DNA of 64,000 nt from a bacterium (GCA_021786105.1 JAJYNW010000026.1:25072-89071), one strand, 5' to 3'. Counted from the stretch's first letter, positions 1 to 10,078 are shown. Notes: generated by a model not told the origin, from the letters alone. Numbers and translations are program-made.

Positions 1-378
1 ATTGCCACTGCTTTAGGTTTAACCGGAGCAGCAGCCACTACCGCCTCAGGCGTAGCCACCGGCATTTTAGCCGGAGGAATCATCGGAGCCTTAACTTCGG
101 CTTTCGGTCTTTCCCGGGAAGATGCCAGGATGTATGAAGATAGAATCAAAGAAGGCGGCATCTTAATAGCTGTTCCGACCAGGGAAGGGCACGAAAAAGA
201 AGTCAAAAATATCATGAGTGGCTTTGATGCCGATAACATCAAAGTAATTGAATCCTATGGACAACCCGGACGAAGAGAAGAACCGGAGTATGCTCCGGCT
301 TATGCAAGCGAAATCAGGCATCGGGGCAGAAGAGAGCGTGGCAGTTGGAGACGCCGCAGCAGAAAAGAAAGGGTTTGA
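1..378 (+). CDS. General stress protein-like membrane protein (5' end outside window)
   Basis: Frame open from base 1: Gly/Ala-rich hydrophobic stretch then G-LSREDARMYEDRIKEGGILIAV, typical of YflT/17M-like proteins. Confidence 0.65.
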   Translation: MATALGLTGAAATTASGVATGILAGGIIGALTSAFGLSREDARMYEDRIKEGGILIAVPTREGHEKEVKNIMSGFDADNIKVIESYGQPGRREEPEYAPAYASEIRHRGRRERGSWRRRSRKERV

Positions 379-416
379 AATCAGGCAAATGCCTAAAGAA
401 AGGAGGGTCAAAATAA

Positions 417-581
417 ATGAAGTTTTACAATGTTAAAACCAGACAATCGGTAGACGTACCAGATGATCAAGTGACTGTTGTCACGATGAAGAACGGCAGA
501 AAAGCAGCCCAGGCAGAAGTTGGTGGCGTTAAGATGTTTAGAATCTTGAGCAAGGAAGACGCTGACCGCCTTGCCAAGTAA
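417..581 (+). CDS. 54-aa basic protein, DUF5679/CC1-like putative DNA-binding protein (absent from ORF track)
   Basis: RBS AGGAGG at 401-406; translates MKFYNVKTRQSVDVPDDQVTVVTMKNGRKAAQAEVGGVKMFRILSKEDADRLAK. Confidence 0.75.
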   Translation: MKFYNVKTRQSVDVPDDQVTVVTMKNGRKAAQAEVGGVKMFRILSKEDADRLAK

Positions 582-642
582 CATAAAGTGTTGACATTAA
601 GTATACGGCCGTAATATTAATGTGAACAATAATAAGCAATGT

Positions 643-1533
643 TTAGCTTTCCGCTTGAGGAGGAAGAAAGTACAGATAATTGAGAGATCGAAACCATTCT
701 GAGGCTTGTCTTCTGTCTCCTGGATATAATGGTGTTCCACCTGGCTCCTCACCTCTTAAACCTCTTTGCACCTCCTCTGCCACAAATGAATCTTTTTTCA
801 GTTCATCCCCATAAAACTTGGCCCACAAGCGGGCTAGCAATTGTTCCAGTGACTTCGGAGGTTCCGTTAACGAAAGTCTTTTGCATAAAATCCCAAAAAA
901 ATCTTGTCTGCCCGCGCCTAAAATGCGTCCAAATTCTAATAAATGCCTAACTAGTCCATGCCAATAATGAGCCAAATCGCTTTTATTACCTCTTATTGGT
1001 TGTTCGTATTTTCCATCATATACAAATTTAGGCTGCCCTTGTTCGATTATTAACTTATGATGACCAAACCAGGCGTCTGCCCGCAGTCTGTCCTGTTCAA
1101 AACTAGCTAAGTATTGTTCCGCGCTGTCTGCAAATAAATCTTTTCTTTTCTTAAGGGGCAACGCGGAGAAAAAACCATTATAAGAATTATTTATCGACAT
1201 CTCCCATCTGATACTGTTAGGCGATTGTAAAATTAAATTTGCGGCATCTTTGCTGGATTCTGAACGGCTCAAGTTTAGGCCTTGCCAGACTGCTTTTATC
1301 CTTTGCTCGCTCGGGTTCAACTGACGGTCTAAAATCATCTGTTGAAAAAGTGTATAAATATTTGCATTTTCTGCAAAAGAGTCAAAATATCCTTTTACTA
1401 ACCTCTCTAAAACTGTTTCTACACCTTCATAAAACATATTTCCTACCACCGTAATTGCTGGTCTGGGTGGAACCATAAAAGCTGCATGATCGCTGTTTAA
1501 AAAATTCCCTTCGAAAAAACTGATATTTTTCAA
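643..1533 (-). CDS. Hypothetical protein
   Basis: Long ORF; TTG at 1533 chosen to avoid overlap with the upstream CDS; no family recognised. Confidence 0.6.
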   Translation of the reverse strand: MKNISFFEGNFLNSDHAAFMVPPRPAITVVGNMFYEGVETVLERLVKGYFDSFAENANIYTLFQQMILDRQLNPSEQRIKAVWQGLNLSRSESSKDAANLILQSPNSIRWEMSINNSYNGFFSALPLKKRKDLFADSAEQYLASFEQDRLRADAWFGHHKLIIEQGQPKFVYDGKYEQPIRGNKSDLAHYWHGLVRHLLEFGRILGAGRQDFFGILCKRLSLTEPPKSLEQLLARLWAKFYGDELKKDSFVAEEVQRGLRGEEPGGTPLYPGDRRQASEWFRSLNYLYFLPPQAES

Positions 1534-1558
1534 CTTATAGTATAAAATAGTGGTGTGT

Positions 1559-2143
1559 CTAGGGTTTCCAGCCCTCGTAGGCGTAATAATTGCCCGAACT
1601 CTCCACACAGGCATAAGAGGTATCAGCCCGCAGATTGGCCGCATGTTCCGGTGAATTAATCCACTGGTTAACTACATCGGAAGAATTGCTATTCATTTCA
1701 ATATTTTCCGTCACATAACTAAACTTTGGATAAGGCAAAGTCTTGCTGTTAATCCGGTTGGTAAAACCATCATGGCTAAAATTTCTGACAATTTCCCCGG
1801 CTCTGATTTTGGCAAAATTACAAGTATAGGGATCTGTTTTGACCGGAGATAAACCCTGAGAACGGCGGTAATTATTGATTTGGTATATATAAGAATTGCC
1901 CGTGGTATTGGAAACCGGCAGGGTAGGGGTAGGGGTCGAAGTTGCGGAAGGCTTTGGGGTTGGCGTTACACTGGGTTTAGCAGTAGGAATCGATGAAGGG
2001 GTAGGGAGCGGTTTTGAAGCTGGTCTGGTGATGAAAAAACTGATCGGATTGGACCAAATTTGAGAGTGATATGACCGGGGCGAAAAATTAAACAACAAAT
2101 AAAACGGCAAAGAAAAGGCGATGGCTAGGGCAGAGAAAATCAT
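1559..2143 (-). CDS. CAP/SCP domain surface protein with Pro/Thr linker
   Basis: N-terminal TM, PT-rich linker, INNYR...FSH...ENI...W-NSPEH-AN motifs. Confidence 0.85.
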   Translation of the reverse strand: MIFSALAIAFSLPFYLLFNFSPRSYHSQIWSNPISFFITRPASKPLPTPSSIPTAKPSVTPTPKPSATSTPTPTLPVSNTTGNSYIYQINNYRRSQGLSPVKTDPYTCNFAKIRAGEIVRNFSHDGFTNRINSKTLPYPKFSYVTENIEMNSNSSDVVNQWINSPEHAANLRADTSYACVESSGNYYAYEGWKP

Positions 2144-2193
2144 CGTGAGGTGTGAAATTTAAACCATCTCTTTCCATTTGTCAAATTTTTTGT

Positions 2194-2637
2194 TTAGGGA
2201 ATAGTTTCTTCAGCTTTATCTTCTGCTTCTTTCGGATCAATCGGCTTTCTAAGCCGGAAATACCAAGCCGCCAGAAAAGCCACTACGGCATAAACCACCA
2301 TGGCAAACAGTGTTGACCACTCCAGCGCCGCGCTACCGACCGGGCTTAATAAGGGAGAAAATAATCCGGAAAAAATAAAAACTAATGGTGTAGAAAACAC
2401 ATTAATTAAAACGCTGAAAAAGCTGTTAGGATTGGCGCCAAATAACCTCAGGAGAAATCTAATAGCCAAAATAGCTTCTATCACCATAAGGGCATACCAA
2501 ACGATTTGCCTTTCCCTAATAATTTTTCTCTTCTTCTCGTAATCCTCTTGGGGAGGTTCTACCTTAATAACAGGTTTTTCTCCTGTTACCGGTTCAATTA
2601 TAGTCGGCTCTTTCGGAACTAGTGGTTCAAAGGCCAT
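2194..2637 (-). CDS. YggT-like membrane protein
   Basis: RFLLRLFGANP...PLV...F motif with two to three TM segments. Confidence 0.7.
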   Translation of the reverse strand: MAFEPLVPKEPTIIEPVTGEKPVIKVEPPQEDYEKKRKIIRERQIVWYALMVIEAILAIRFLLRLFGANPNSFFSVLINVFSTPLVFIFSGLFSPLLSPVGSAALEWSTLFAMVVYAVVAFLAAWYFRLRKPIDPKEAEDKAEETIP

Positions 2638-2785
2638 TTTGGATATTCTATAACCTCAAGGTTAATAGGTTTATTAAGATCCGGTAAGAATATTGCAGGA
2701 AATAAATTTCCCATTACTTTAATCTTACCTTAATCTAACAATCTTCTTACTCAAATATGATTAGATACTGGTGAGATTATCTAAG

Positions 2786-3920
2786 ATGAAAAAAATCTCT
2801 GTTAGCTTAATATTTATCTTCGTTTTATTCTTTTTGCCTTTCACCATCTGGGCCCAAGACAACAACAAAAATGTGATTCTGACAAAAAATGAGATAATTA
2901 ACAAAGATTACTTTGCCGCAGGCAATAGCGTTTCATTAGAAGGAACAGTTAACGGGGACGCATATTTGGCCGGAGGAAATATTGTCGTTGACGGTACAAT
3001 TAACGGAGATTTGATTGCGGCCGGCGGCAATATGGATATCAGGGGAACTGTGACCGGTAATATCCGGGCGGCCGGAGGAAATATTAACCTTAACGGGACG
3101 GTGGGCAGGAACGTATCGCTGGCCGGCGGCAGTCTTAGTCTTGCCTCAAATGCCAATATAACCGGTAGTTTAGCAGCGGCAGGCGGAAACCTGGCTGTTT
3201 TCAGCCCCGTAGGAAAGGAAGCTAATTTAGCCGGAGGACAAATTACCCTGGGCAGTCGGATTGGTGCCGATACCAACGCGGTAGTTGACCAGCTCAGCCT
3301 TGCCCCACAAGCCACAATTAGTGGTAATTTAACTTATTGGAGCAGAAATAAAGCCTCAATTTCCGAAAGTGCCACCGTTTCCGGTAGAATTATTCAAAAT
3401 ATCCCCAAAGGAGAACAGCCGCAAGAAACTGAAAAAAAAGGAGTGAGCAGTGTAATTAGCTTTTTCAGAATTGTCAATTTTATTGGGGCGGCAATTATTG
3501 GTATTCTACTGCTAATATTTATGCCAATTTATTTCGACCGGACTACCGAGTACATTATGAAAAGACCGTGGGCTAGCTTGGGAATTGGCTTTTTAACTGC
3601 CATAGTTTTTCCTTTTGCTGCTAATTACCCTAATTGGTATCCCAATCGCCTTTGTCTTAGCCTTTACTTTGGGACTTATCTTATATCTTTCTACAATATT
3701 TGTTTCATTTGTCATCGGGCTGTTAATTTTGCAACGGTTTAATAACCAAACCGGTAAAATCTGGGTCTTTTTGCTGGGTTTAATTTTTTATTCAATACTT
3801 ACACTAATCCCCATATTAGGCTGGCTGGTTTCAGCTGTGGCGGCCCTGATTGGCACAGGAGCAATTTTGATGGAGGAAAAAGATTTCTATCTGAATCTTC
3901 GCGGGAAAAAACTTATTTAA
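2786..3920 (+). pseudogene. Bactofilin/polymer-forming-repeat membrane protein, frameshifted near 3606-3616
   Basis: Signal peptide and GxVxGD-AAGG repeats in one frame; TM C-terminus LLITLIGIP continues in another frame. Confidence 0.7.
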
Positions 3921-4414
3921 CTAAAAACTACTAAAAATAAAGCTATAAAAATAGTCAGCACTTGCCAGATATCACGCAGGCCTAAAAGCAAACCCTCATC
4001 ACCCTCATTATGCCAATGCAAGCCGCCATGGAAATTCATTTCTGCTTTTAATAAACTTCTGGCTTTAATAATCCCGGCAAAAGCTAAACCATCGACTACA
4101 TCAGGCAACTGGGAACTGCCAATACCAAACATAATATAAAACAATTTCTCGCTTAAACCGGTTTTCAAATAAGTTATACCTAATATCAAAGCTATCGGCA
4201 AAGACAGATCAAAAACAATCACCGGGATGACGTATTTCTTAAATTTATCCATCTTGAAAAAATGCCCATGAGGTACAGCATCCATCAAATAATGAAATGC
4301 CACGCCAGTAGCGCCTGTGACGATTAATCCGGTTGTTAAATCACCATGTCCCAAATAGCTATAGGCAGCACTTCCCACAATCACTCCCACTGCCGTATGT
4401 CCGAAGGCTATCAT
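3917..4414 (-). CDS. Membrane protein, putative metal-dependent hydrolase-like
   Basis: H...HYLMDAVPH and QLPD...FH motifs between TM helices. Confidence 0.6.
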   Translation of the reverse strand: MIAFGHTAVGVIVGSAAYSYLGHGDLTTGLIVTGATGVAFHYLMDAVPHGHFFKMDKFKKYVIPVIVFDLSLPIALILGITYLKTGLSEKLFYIMFGIGSSQLPDVVDGLAFAGIIKARSLLKAEMNFHGGLHWHNEGDEGLLLGLRDIWQVLTIFIALFLVVFS

Positions 4415-4448
4415 AAATTAATTATACCCAATAGAGCTGAAAAGCTTC

Positions 4449-4667
4449 CTACAGTTTTAGGAACTCCAGTAGTTTATATACTAAAATGGCGGGCCAGACA
4501 AGGGCTTTTAGCAAACCAAATGCCCCTTGCCAAAACGAAGTGGCATGCTGGATAAAATAAACCGCTGCACCAATAATTCCTAATCCATAGATTGCATCTG
4601 GTCCACCTCCACTAACACCTCTTTTCCAGCGGGATTTCTGCATTGATGAATTTTCGTTATCTGCCAT
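4449..4667 (-). CDS. Small membrane protein
   Basis: YGLGIIGAAVYF...KALVWPA two-TM pattern. Confidence 0.65.
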   Translation of the reverse strand: MADNENSSMQKSRWKRGVSGGGPDAIYGLGIIGAAVYFIQHATSFWQGAFGLLKALVWPAILVYKLLEFLKL

Positions 4668-4726
4668 AAATATATTAAAGCACATTAGGATAAGTAAAAA
4701 CAGTAACCTTTGTCACTTATTTCATA

Positions 4727-4772
4727 TTGACAGATGCAATAGACTTGCATATACTAGTCGCAACAATCTTGC
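4727..4772 (+). promoter_or_regulatory. Sigma70 promoter with two operator palindromes upstream of the Fur-family gene
   Basis: TTGACA-17-TATACT (4727-4755); ATGCAA-N5-TTGCAT at 4734-4750 and GCAA-N5-TTGC at 4760-4772. Confidence 0.7.
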
Positions 4773-4776
4773 ATTT

Positions 4777-5214
4777 ATGCCGATACAAATTAAACAACAC
4801 GATTGTAAAACAGAACTGCGGGAAGCCGATTTAAAAGCCACTCCGGCGCGTTTGGCTGCACTAAAAGTACTGGAAGCAAGCAATAAACCGCTTGATGTAG
4901 CTACTATCAGATTAGAACTAAAAAGAAGTGGTATTAATACTGATCCAGCCACGGTTTTTCGGATGATGAATTCTTTTTCTGACAAAGGAATTGTCCGGGG
5001 AGTTAACCTGCAGGAAAGCAAATTGCGGTATGAACACGCTGCAAAGAAAGAGCATCATCACTTACTTTGCCAAAGCTGCAGCGCAATCGAAGATATTTCA
5101 GACTGCAACATTAACGCCCTGGAAAAAGGTATTGAAAAGAAAAAAGGCTTTCTGGTAAAAAGCCATGCTTTGGAATTTTATGGTTTATGCCAAAAATGTC
5201 AAAAAATAAATTAA
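4777..5214 (+). CDS. Fur/Zur family regulator
   Basis: TPAR, ATVFR, HHHLLCQSC and EFYGLCQKC motifs. Confidence 0.92.
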   Translation: MPIQIKQHDCKTELREADLKATPARLAALKVLEASNKPLDVATIRLELKRSGINTDPATVFRMMNSFSDKGIVRGVNLQESKLRYEHAAKKEHHHLLCQSCSAIEDISDCNINALEKGIEKKKGFLVKSHALEFYGLCQKCQKIN

Positions 5215-5215
5215 T

Positions 5216-5941
5216 ATGGAACCAATTTTATTATCTCTTCTTACCTTTATTTCCACTATCTTAGGGGGAGTTTTTGGAATAAGAAACCGGGATAGATTGC
5301 ATTATGTAATGAGCTTTACCGCCGGCGTCCTTTTAGGAGTAAGTTTTTTTGATATTTTGCCGGAGAGCATTAGTATTATTACTGAGAATAAATTCGATGT
5401 TACTCCTTTTACAATCATGATAGTTTTGGGGTTTTTGATATTCCATGTTTTAGAAAAGTCAGTCGCTATCCACCACGCTCACGAAGAAGAATATGCTGAT
5501 CATAAACATCCAACTGTCGGATTAGTCGGGGCATCCGGTTTATCGTTTCATAGTTTCTTGGACGGAATCGGAATTGGCTTAGGGTTTCAAGTTAGCACCC
5601 ATGTGGGATTATTAATCTCGCTGGCGGTAATTGCTCATGATTTTTCTGACGGTTTAAATACGGTAACCATTATGTTAACCCACAAAAATAAGGCTAGCAA
5701 AGTTTATAAAATGCTGCTTTTGGATGCCATCACTCCCATTTTAGGAGTTTTGTCCACTTTTCTTTTTAAGATTCCTCAAAATATCCTAGTGATGTATTTG
5801 GGCTTTTTTATCGGATTCCTGTTATATATTGGAGCCAGTGATCTACTGCCGGAAGCTCACAGTAAACACTCTTCTTGGAAGATGCTGGGACTAACTATAC
5901 TGGGCGCAGCTTTTATCTTTACTGTTACCAGATTTACCTAA
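5216..5941 (+). CDS. ZIP family metal transporter
   Basis: HSFLDG and AHDFSDG motifs, His-rich loop. Confidence 0.9.
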   Translation: MEPILLSLLTFISTILGGVFGIRNRDRLHYVMSFTAGVLLGVSFFDILPESISIITENKFDVTPFTIMIVLGFLIFHVLEKSVAIHHAHEEEYADHKHPTVGLVGASGLSFHSFLDGIGIGLGFQVSTHVGLLISLAVIAHDFSDGLNTVTIMLTHKNKASKVYKMLLLDAITPILGVLSTFLFKIPQNILVMYLGFFIGFLLYIGASDLLPEAHSKHSSWKMLGLTILGAAFIFTVTRFT

Positions 5942-6205
5942 TTTGGGTAAATCCAGATTTCCAGCTATTAAAGCTTCTTTTTTGGCTTTGGTTAATTTTT
6001 TAAGCTGCCATTCTCTTTTTAAAGCTTCAGTCCTGGAAGGGTATCTTTCTAAATAAACAAGTTCAAATGAGGAAAAACACTTCATATACTTGGCTGATCT
6101 GCTAGTTTTGCTTTGATGCTCTTTTAATCTTTTCTCTAAATTATTGGTTTGGCCAATATAAAGAGTATTAGAAGAGGTTCTTAGGATGTAAACAAAATAT
6201 ACCAC
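5891..6205 (-). CDS. GIY-YIG nuclease (UPF0213-like)
   Basis: VYIL...LYIGQTNNLEKRLKEH...ALKREWQLK. Confidence 0.88.
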   Translation of the reverse strand: MVYFVYILRTSSNTLYIGQTNNLEKRLKEHQSKTSRSAKYMKCFSSFELVYLERYPSRTEALKREWQLKKLTKAKKEALIAGNLDLPKLGKSGNSKDKSCAQYS

Positions 6206-6216
6206 GAGACTATGCC

Positions 6217-7074
6217 TTAAACCTTGTTATCAGGTTCTGAATGAATGGTGATATCTGCCTCAGGAATTAAAGTTTTAATTCTCTTTTCAATTTCATCAGC
6301 AATATCATGCGCTCTGCTGATAGATAATTTCTTGCTGACAGTAATTGTAATATCAATAAAAATAGTAATGCCGGCCGGCCGGACCCGAATCCGCTTAATG
6401 GAAATTACGCCTTCAACCCGGTGAATAATTCCTCTAATTTTCTCCGGCAAACCGGCCGGTACCGTATCAACTAACACATCTACTGTTCTTTTTCCTAAGG
6501 AATATCCGGCATGCAGCACAAATAGTGAAACACCCAGTGCAGCAATCGCATCAGCTTTTGCCACCCCCAACAGCACAAATACCAACCCAACTAACACAGT
6601 CAGGGAACTTAAAATATCTGAACTGAAATGAAGCGCATCTGCTTCTAAAGCCTGGCTTTTGGTGACCTTGGCCACTTTATTCAAAGCCCGGGAGCGGGAG
6701 TAATCAACTATAATGGAAAATATAATTACGGCAAAAGCATACCAGGTTACTTCTATTTCTGCTTTACCTGCAGTTAGCCGCTTAATTGCTTCATAAATAA
6801 TCCAAGCGCTGGTGAGAAAAAGCAACCCTGTTTCTACTAAAGCAGAAACGCTTTCCACCTTTTGGTGACCATAGTGATGCGTTTCATCAGCTTCTTTTTC
6901 TCCTACTCTGACGGCAAAAAAAGTCAGTATCGCTGCTCCTAAATCCAAAAAGGAGTGGGCTGCTTCGGATAAGATTCCCACGCTGCCTGTTGCCAGTCCC
7001 ACAATAAGCTTGAGCACGGTAAGAGCCAGGCTGGCAAAAACAGAACTTAAAGCAACTGATTGTTTCTTATTCAT
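6217..7074 (-). CDS. Cation diffusion facilitator (FieF-like)
   Basis: SEAAHSFLD, HHYGHQKVE, ADALHFSSD and C-terminal dimerisation domain. Confidence 0.9.
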   Translation of the reverse strand: MNKKQSVALSSVFASLALTVLKLIVGLATGSVGILSEAAHSFLDLGAAILTFFAVRVGEKEADETHHYGHQKVESVSALVETGLLFLTSAWIIYEAIKRLTAGKAEIEVTWYAFAVIIFSIIVDYSRSRALNKVAKVTKSQALEADALHFSSDILSSLTVLVGLVFVLLGVAKADAIAALGVSLFVLHAGYSLGKRTVDVLVDTVPAGLPEKIRGIIHRVEGVISIKRIRVRPAGITIFIDITITVSKKLSISRAHDIADEIEKRIKTLIPEADITIHSEPDNKV

Positions 7075-7465
7075 GCAAACATAATATTAGCACGATTTGA
7101 GAATAAGGAGCGGTTTTCGTTCAAAGTTGCAGGACATGGATAAAGGCATGCTTGCATAGAGTAAGCTTAGATTCTAAGTTGAGCATTACGGACTAGAACC
7201 TTTAAATCACTATAGTTATTGTCTCACATCAAGGCTAAATGAAATAAATGATACAGTATAAAGCAAATATTTAGTCATCTATTGTATCTTTACATGGGCG
7301 TTATTGTTTGGCATGATGATTAAAGAACAGAAAAAGCATGCTACATGTTACTGCCCAAAATATCTTGTCTAAAATCCAAAAGATCTTCAAAGGTTGGTTT
7401 TCTATCATTTACAAAAAATTAACCGGATATGTGTCTATACTTAAATAGGAAGGGGGTGATAAACG

Positions 7466-7654
7466 ATGCAATATCTAGGTGTTTTAGCACTTGTTTTGTT
7501 GGTGGTAGGTGGACTTAATTGGGGTTTAGTAGGTTTACTAAACTTTAATTTAGTGACCACTTTGTTAGGCGAAGGAATGTTGGCAAACCTTGTATATATT
7601 TTGGTAGGGTTGTCAGCAGTATATGTGGCTGCAACTTCTTTAATGAAGAAGTAG
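7466..7654 (+). CDS. DUF378 membrane protein
   Basis: VGGLNWGLVG...VYILVGLSA. Confidence 0.85.
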   Translation: MQYLGVLALVLLVVGGLNWGLVGLLNFNLVTTLLGEGMLANLVYILVGLSAVYVAATSLMKK

Positions 7655-7781
7655 GAAATTATTGTGGAGCAAGAGTTTGCTCATTTGTTCAGTGATACAA
7701 GCGTTTTACATGTTTGTATCTCTTTTAGAAATAATTAGGGAAAAACAGTTATTGCAAATGACACAATGCGAACTGTTCATT

Positions 7782-8282
7782 TTATCTATTTAAAATCCAG
7801 ATACTGTAGTTTAAGATGGTGGCGAAGCTTACCCAGGCTAGGTATGGAATCAGCAGAATCGACGCTCTTTTATCTAAATTCCAAAACTTACCAATCAAAA
7901 TCACTATAAACACCCAAATAATCAGAATATTTATTAAAGCCAAAAAGATATTGTGTAAGCCAAAAAAAACGATTGACCAGGTGGCATTAAAAAATAGATG
8001 GATTAAAAAAATCATTAAGGACAGCTTTATAAGCTTTGCTTTTTTACTGTATTTATTATCTTTTAGCTTAATCCAAATTAAGTAAAAGGAGATGCCCATG
8101 AGGGTATAAAGCGTTGCCCAAGCAGGACCAAAAAGCCAATTAGGAGGTCTGAAGGCAGGTTGGTTTAGTAAGTTATACCAGTTTGGGATAGAAGAAAAAG
8201 TAAAAAAAGAACCTATTAATCCTGCAGACTGGCAAAGAGCAATAGAAATAACCAGTTTAAAGATACTTTTAGGCAGTTTCAT
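7782..8282 (-). CDS. tspO: TspO/MBR tryptophan-rich sensory protein
   Basis: WY-L--P-F-PPNWLFGPAW-LY and PYLAWVSFA motifs. Confidence 0.9.
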   Translation of the reverse strand: MKLPKSIFKLVISIALCQSAGLIGSFFTFSSIPNWYNLLNQPAFRPPNWLFGPAWATLYTLMGISFYLIWIKLKDNKYSKKAKLIKLSLMIFLIHLFFNATWSIVFFGLHNIFLALINILIIWVFIVILIGKFWNLDKRASILLIPYLAWVSFATILNYSIWILNR

Positions 8283-8401
8283 TCTAAATACATCATGGCA
8301 GATTTAATATTAGTTGTAAACATCAGGGAAAATCCCAACCTTTTTGTTCAGACTAGTTTTTCAAATAAGTTGATATAGTGTGATACACTCTGGAATATAC
8401 T

Positions 8402-8644
8402 CTATAAACCAAAACTTAAGGTGATACTCCCTCCAGCTTTTGCTCCTTTAAAATCTATATTGGCCATAATTCCTTCCCGCTTTAAGTCTATATATCGAAA
8501 TTCAGCAATATTTGGCGTTGGATTAATTATTGTTTGATCCGCTAGCACCTGTGTTAAGGCAATCATAAAATCAATCCATTTGTTATCACTTTTGCAAAAA
8601 CTGTTAGGCAAACCATACTTTTCTAAATGATTCCTGATAACCAT
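8402..8644 (-). pseudogene. Fragment of a hypothetical gene, probably truncated by the adjacent IS remnant
   Basis: Short ORF overlapping the transposase fragment; start doubtful. Confidence 0.3.
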
Positions 8645-8843
8645 TTTGCCAGGGAGAAGCTTTATCTGAGACTGATATTTTTACTCCCAAGCTTTCCAGA
8701 TAATCAGTACAGACCTTAGCCATAAATTCAGTGCCTTGATCAGAATGGAAGATTAATGGTAATTGCTTAGTGTTTAAATGGCTTCTGGATGGTTTTAAAA
8801 ACCAACTGACTATCATGTTTGATCCCCACATTGAAAGATGCAA
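8604..8843 (-). pseudogene. IS3/IS481-type DDE transposase fragment
   Basis: IFHSDQGTEF...SPWQNGYQES rve core, truncated, next to tRNA-Gln 3' end. Confidence 0.8.
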
Positions 8844-8869
8844 CCTGTGTCTGGTAAAAATATCCTCAA

Positions 8870-8944
8870 TGGTTGCCGGACTAGGATTCGAACCTAGAAT
8901 TCACTGCTCCAAAGGCAGTTGTCCTACCGTTAGACGATCCGGCA
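8870..8944 (-). tRNA. tRNA-Gln(TTG)
   Basis: Cloverleaf; ACTGC-CT-TTG-GA-GCAGT arm, GTTCGAATC, CCA end. Confidence 0.95.
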
Positions 8945-9070
8945 ATCTTGGCCTATTATACCTTAAATATCACACTACGATCCATACCTACACCAAGCGC
9001 ATAGAGGTATTGACTCTTATAAAAATTTATGCCAACAATGAATATGGATACAAAATAATTCCAAAAGGAG

Positions 9071-9277
9071 GTGATTAAGTTGGATACAAAAAAATTGGTG
9101 GCTTGGATTTTGGTTCTTGGTGCGGTGAATTGGGGATTGGTAGGATTTTTGAATCTTAACGTAGTTGAAGCAGTTTTAGGAGCAGGTTCAATACTCACTA
9201 AACTTGTTTATATAGTAGTAGGTTTGGCAGGCGTATATAAGCTTTACATCTTAGCTGGTGGAAAAGCTAAAAAATAA
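9071..9277 (+). CDS. DUF378 membrane protein (paralogue)
   Basis: LGAVNWGLVG...VYIVVGLAG; RBS AGGAGG. Confidence 0.85.
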   Translation: MIKLDTKKLVAWILVLGAVNWGLVGFLNLNVVEAVLGAGSILTKLVYIVVGLAGVYKLYILAGGKAKK

Positions 9278-9372
9278 ACCATAGGACTATTCTTCAAAGA
9301 AGAACAGTCTTTCGTAGAAAGTATATTTTCCTTCGGAAAAGAATTTCCTCTAGGAATTGGTAATTATTTTAT

Positions 9373-9402
9373 AAAATCCGGCCCTCTTCGGCCGGATTTT
9401 TT
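9373..9402. terminator. Bidirectional terminator, the original 3' neighbour of tRNA-Gly
   Basis: AAAATCCGGCC-ctcttc-GGCCGGATTTT directly abutting the att core. Confidence 0.8.
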
Positions 9403-9408
9403 TGGAGC
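9403..9408. repeat. Left att core TGGAGC
   Basis: Same as the last 6 nt of tRNA-Gly; joining restores tRNA plus terminator and extends the recombinase ORF. Confidence 0.75.
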
Positions 9409-9629
9409 TCCTGACGAGGTCTTAGCCAGACTGCCAGGATTCATTCAAGAATTTAACTCAAATCCTATTTTACCAGATTTTTTGTATGAATTACAGCCAG
9501 AATTAGCCTCAAAAATGCCCCAGACCGTAAAATAGACTAGTCGCTCCTATTATTTACTCCCTTTATTTAGTCCTAAAACACTGGTTTTTTCTGTATAATA
9601 ATGAGCAATAACAATTTTTAACTATTTTT

Positions 9630-9836
9630 ATGCAGGGAGAAAAAAGGTCATCAAATCTTCTCAATATTAACCAAGTTGCAAAAATACTAGGAGTTATGCC
9701 CCCAACTCTCAGACGCTGGGATAAAAGTGGAAAACTAAAGGCTATCCGTGTAGGTAATAAAAAAGGAGTTGGAGAAAGAAGATACCGCAGAGAAGATATT
9801 ATTAACATCATGGTTAGCGAATATAATAAAAAGTAA
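9630..9836 (+). CDS. MerR-type HTH protein, probable excisionase/directionality factor
   Basis: LNINQVAKILGV-P-TLRRWD--GKL...RRYRREDI; follows the recombinase in the circular form. Confidence 0.75.
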   Translation: MQGEKRSSNLLNINQVAKILGVMPPTLRRWDKSGKLKAIRVGNKKGVGERRYRREDIINIMVSEYNKK

Positions 9837-10073
9837 TTATTCGTTCCATTCAACACCTCTAATCCCTAATTTTTTAAATAATTTTTTAAGTCGTCGCACT
9901 TCCTTCGTATTTTTTAAGATTTTAATGCTCTTAAAATCGCTTCCTATTTCAATAAAACCCTTACCCCAGCAATATTGTTTGAGTTTGTTAATTTCTGTTA
10001 ACGCCTCAACTTTAGCCTTTCTCTCCTCTGGCGTCATTGAGTCCCAGATAGCCCTAAATCCTGAAATGTCCAT
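9837..10073 (-). CDS. Hypothetical protein
   Basis: Last ORF of minus-strand operon; RBS AAGGAG. Confidence 0.6.
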   Translation of the reverse strand: MDISGFRAIWDSMTPEERKAKVEALTEINKLKQYCWGKGFIEIGSDFKSIKILKNTKEVRRLKKLFKKLGIRGVEWNE

Positions 10074-10078
10074 AAGTC

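Noticed and set aside
2908-3315. Long antisense ORFs (also 24996-25484, 28104-28529, 60497-60907)
   Set aside because: Antisense shadows of well-supported genes
8770-9078. ORFs over tRNA genes (also 39567-39809, 45299-45511, 49997-50239)
   Set aside because: Shadow ORFs of tRNA sequences
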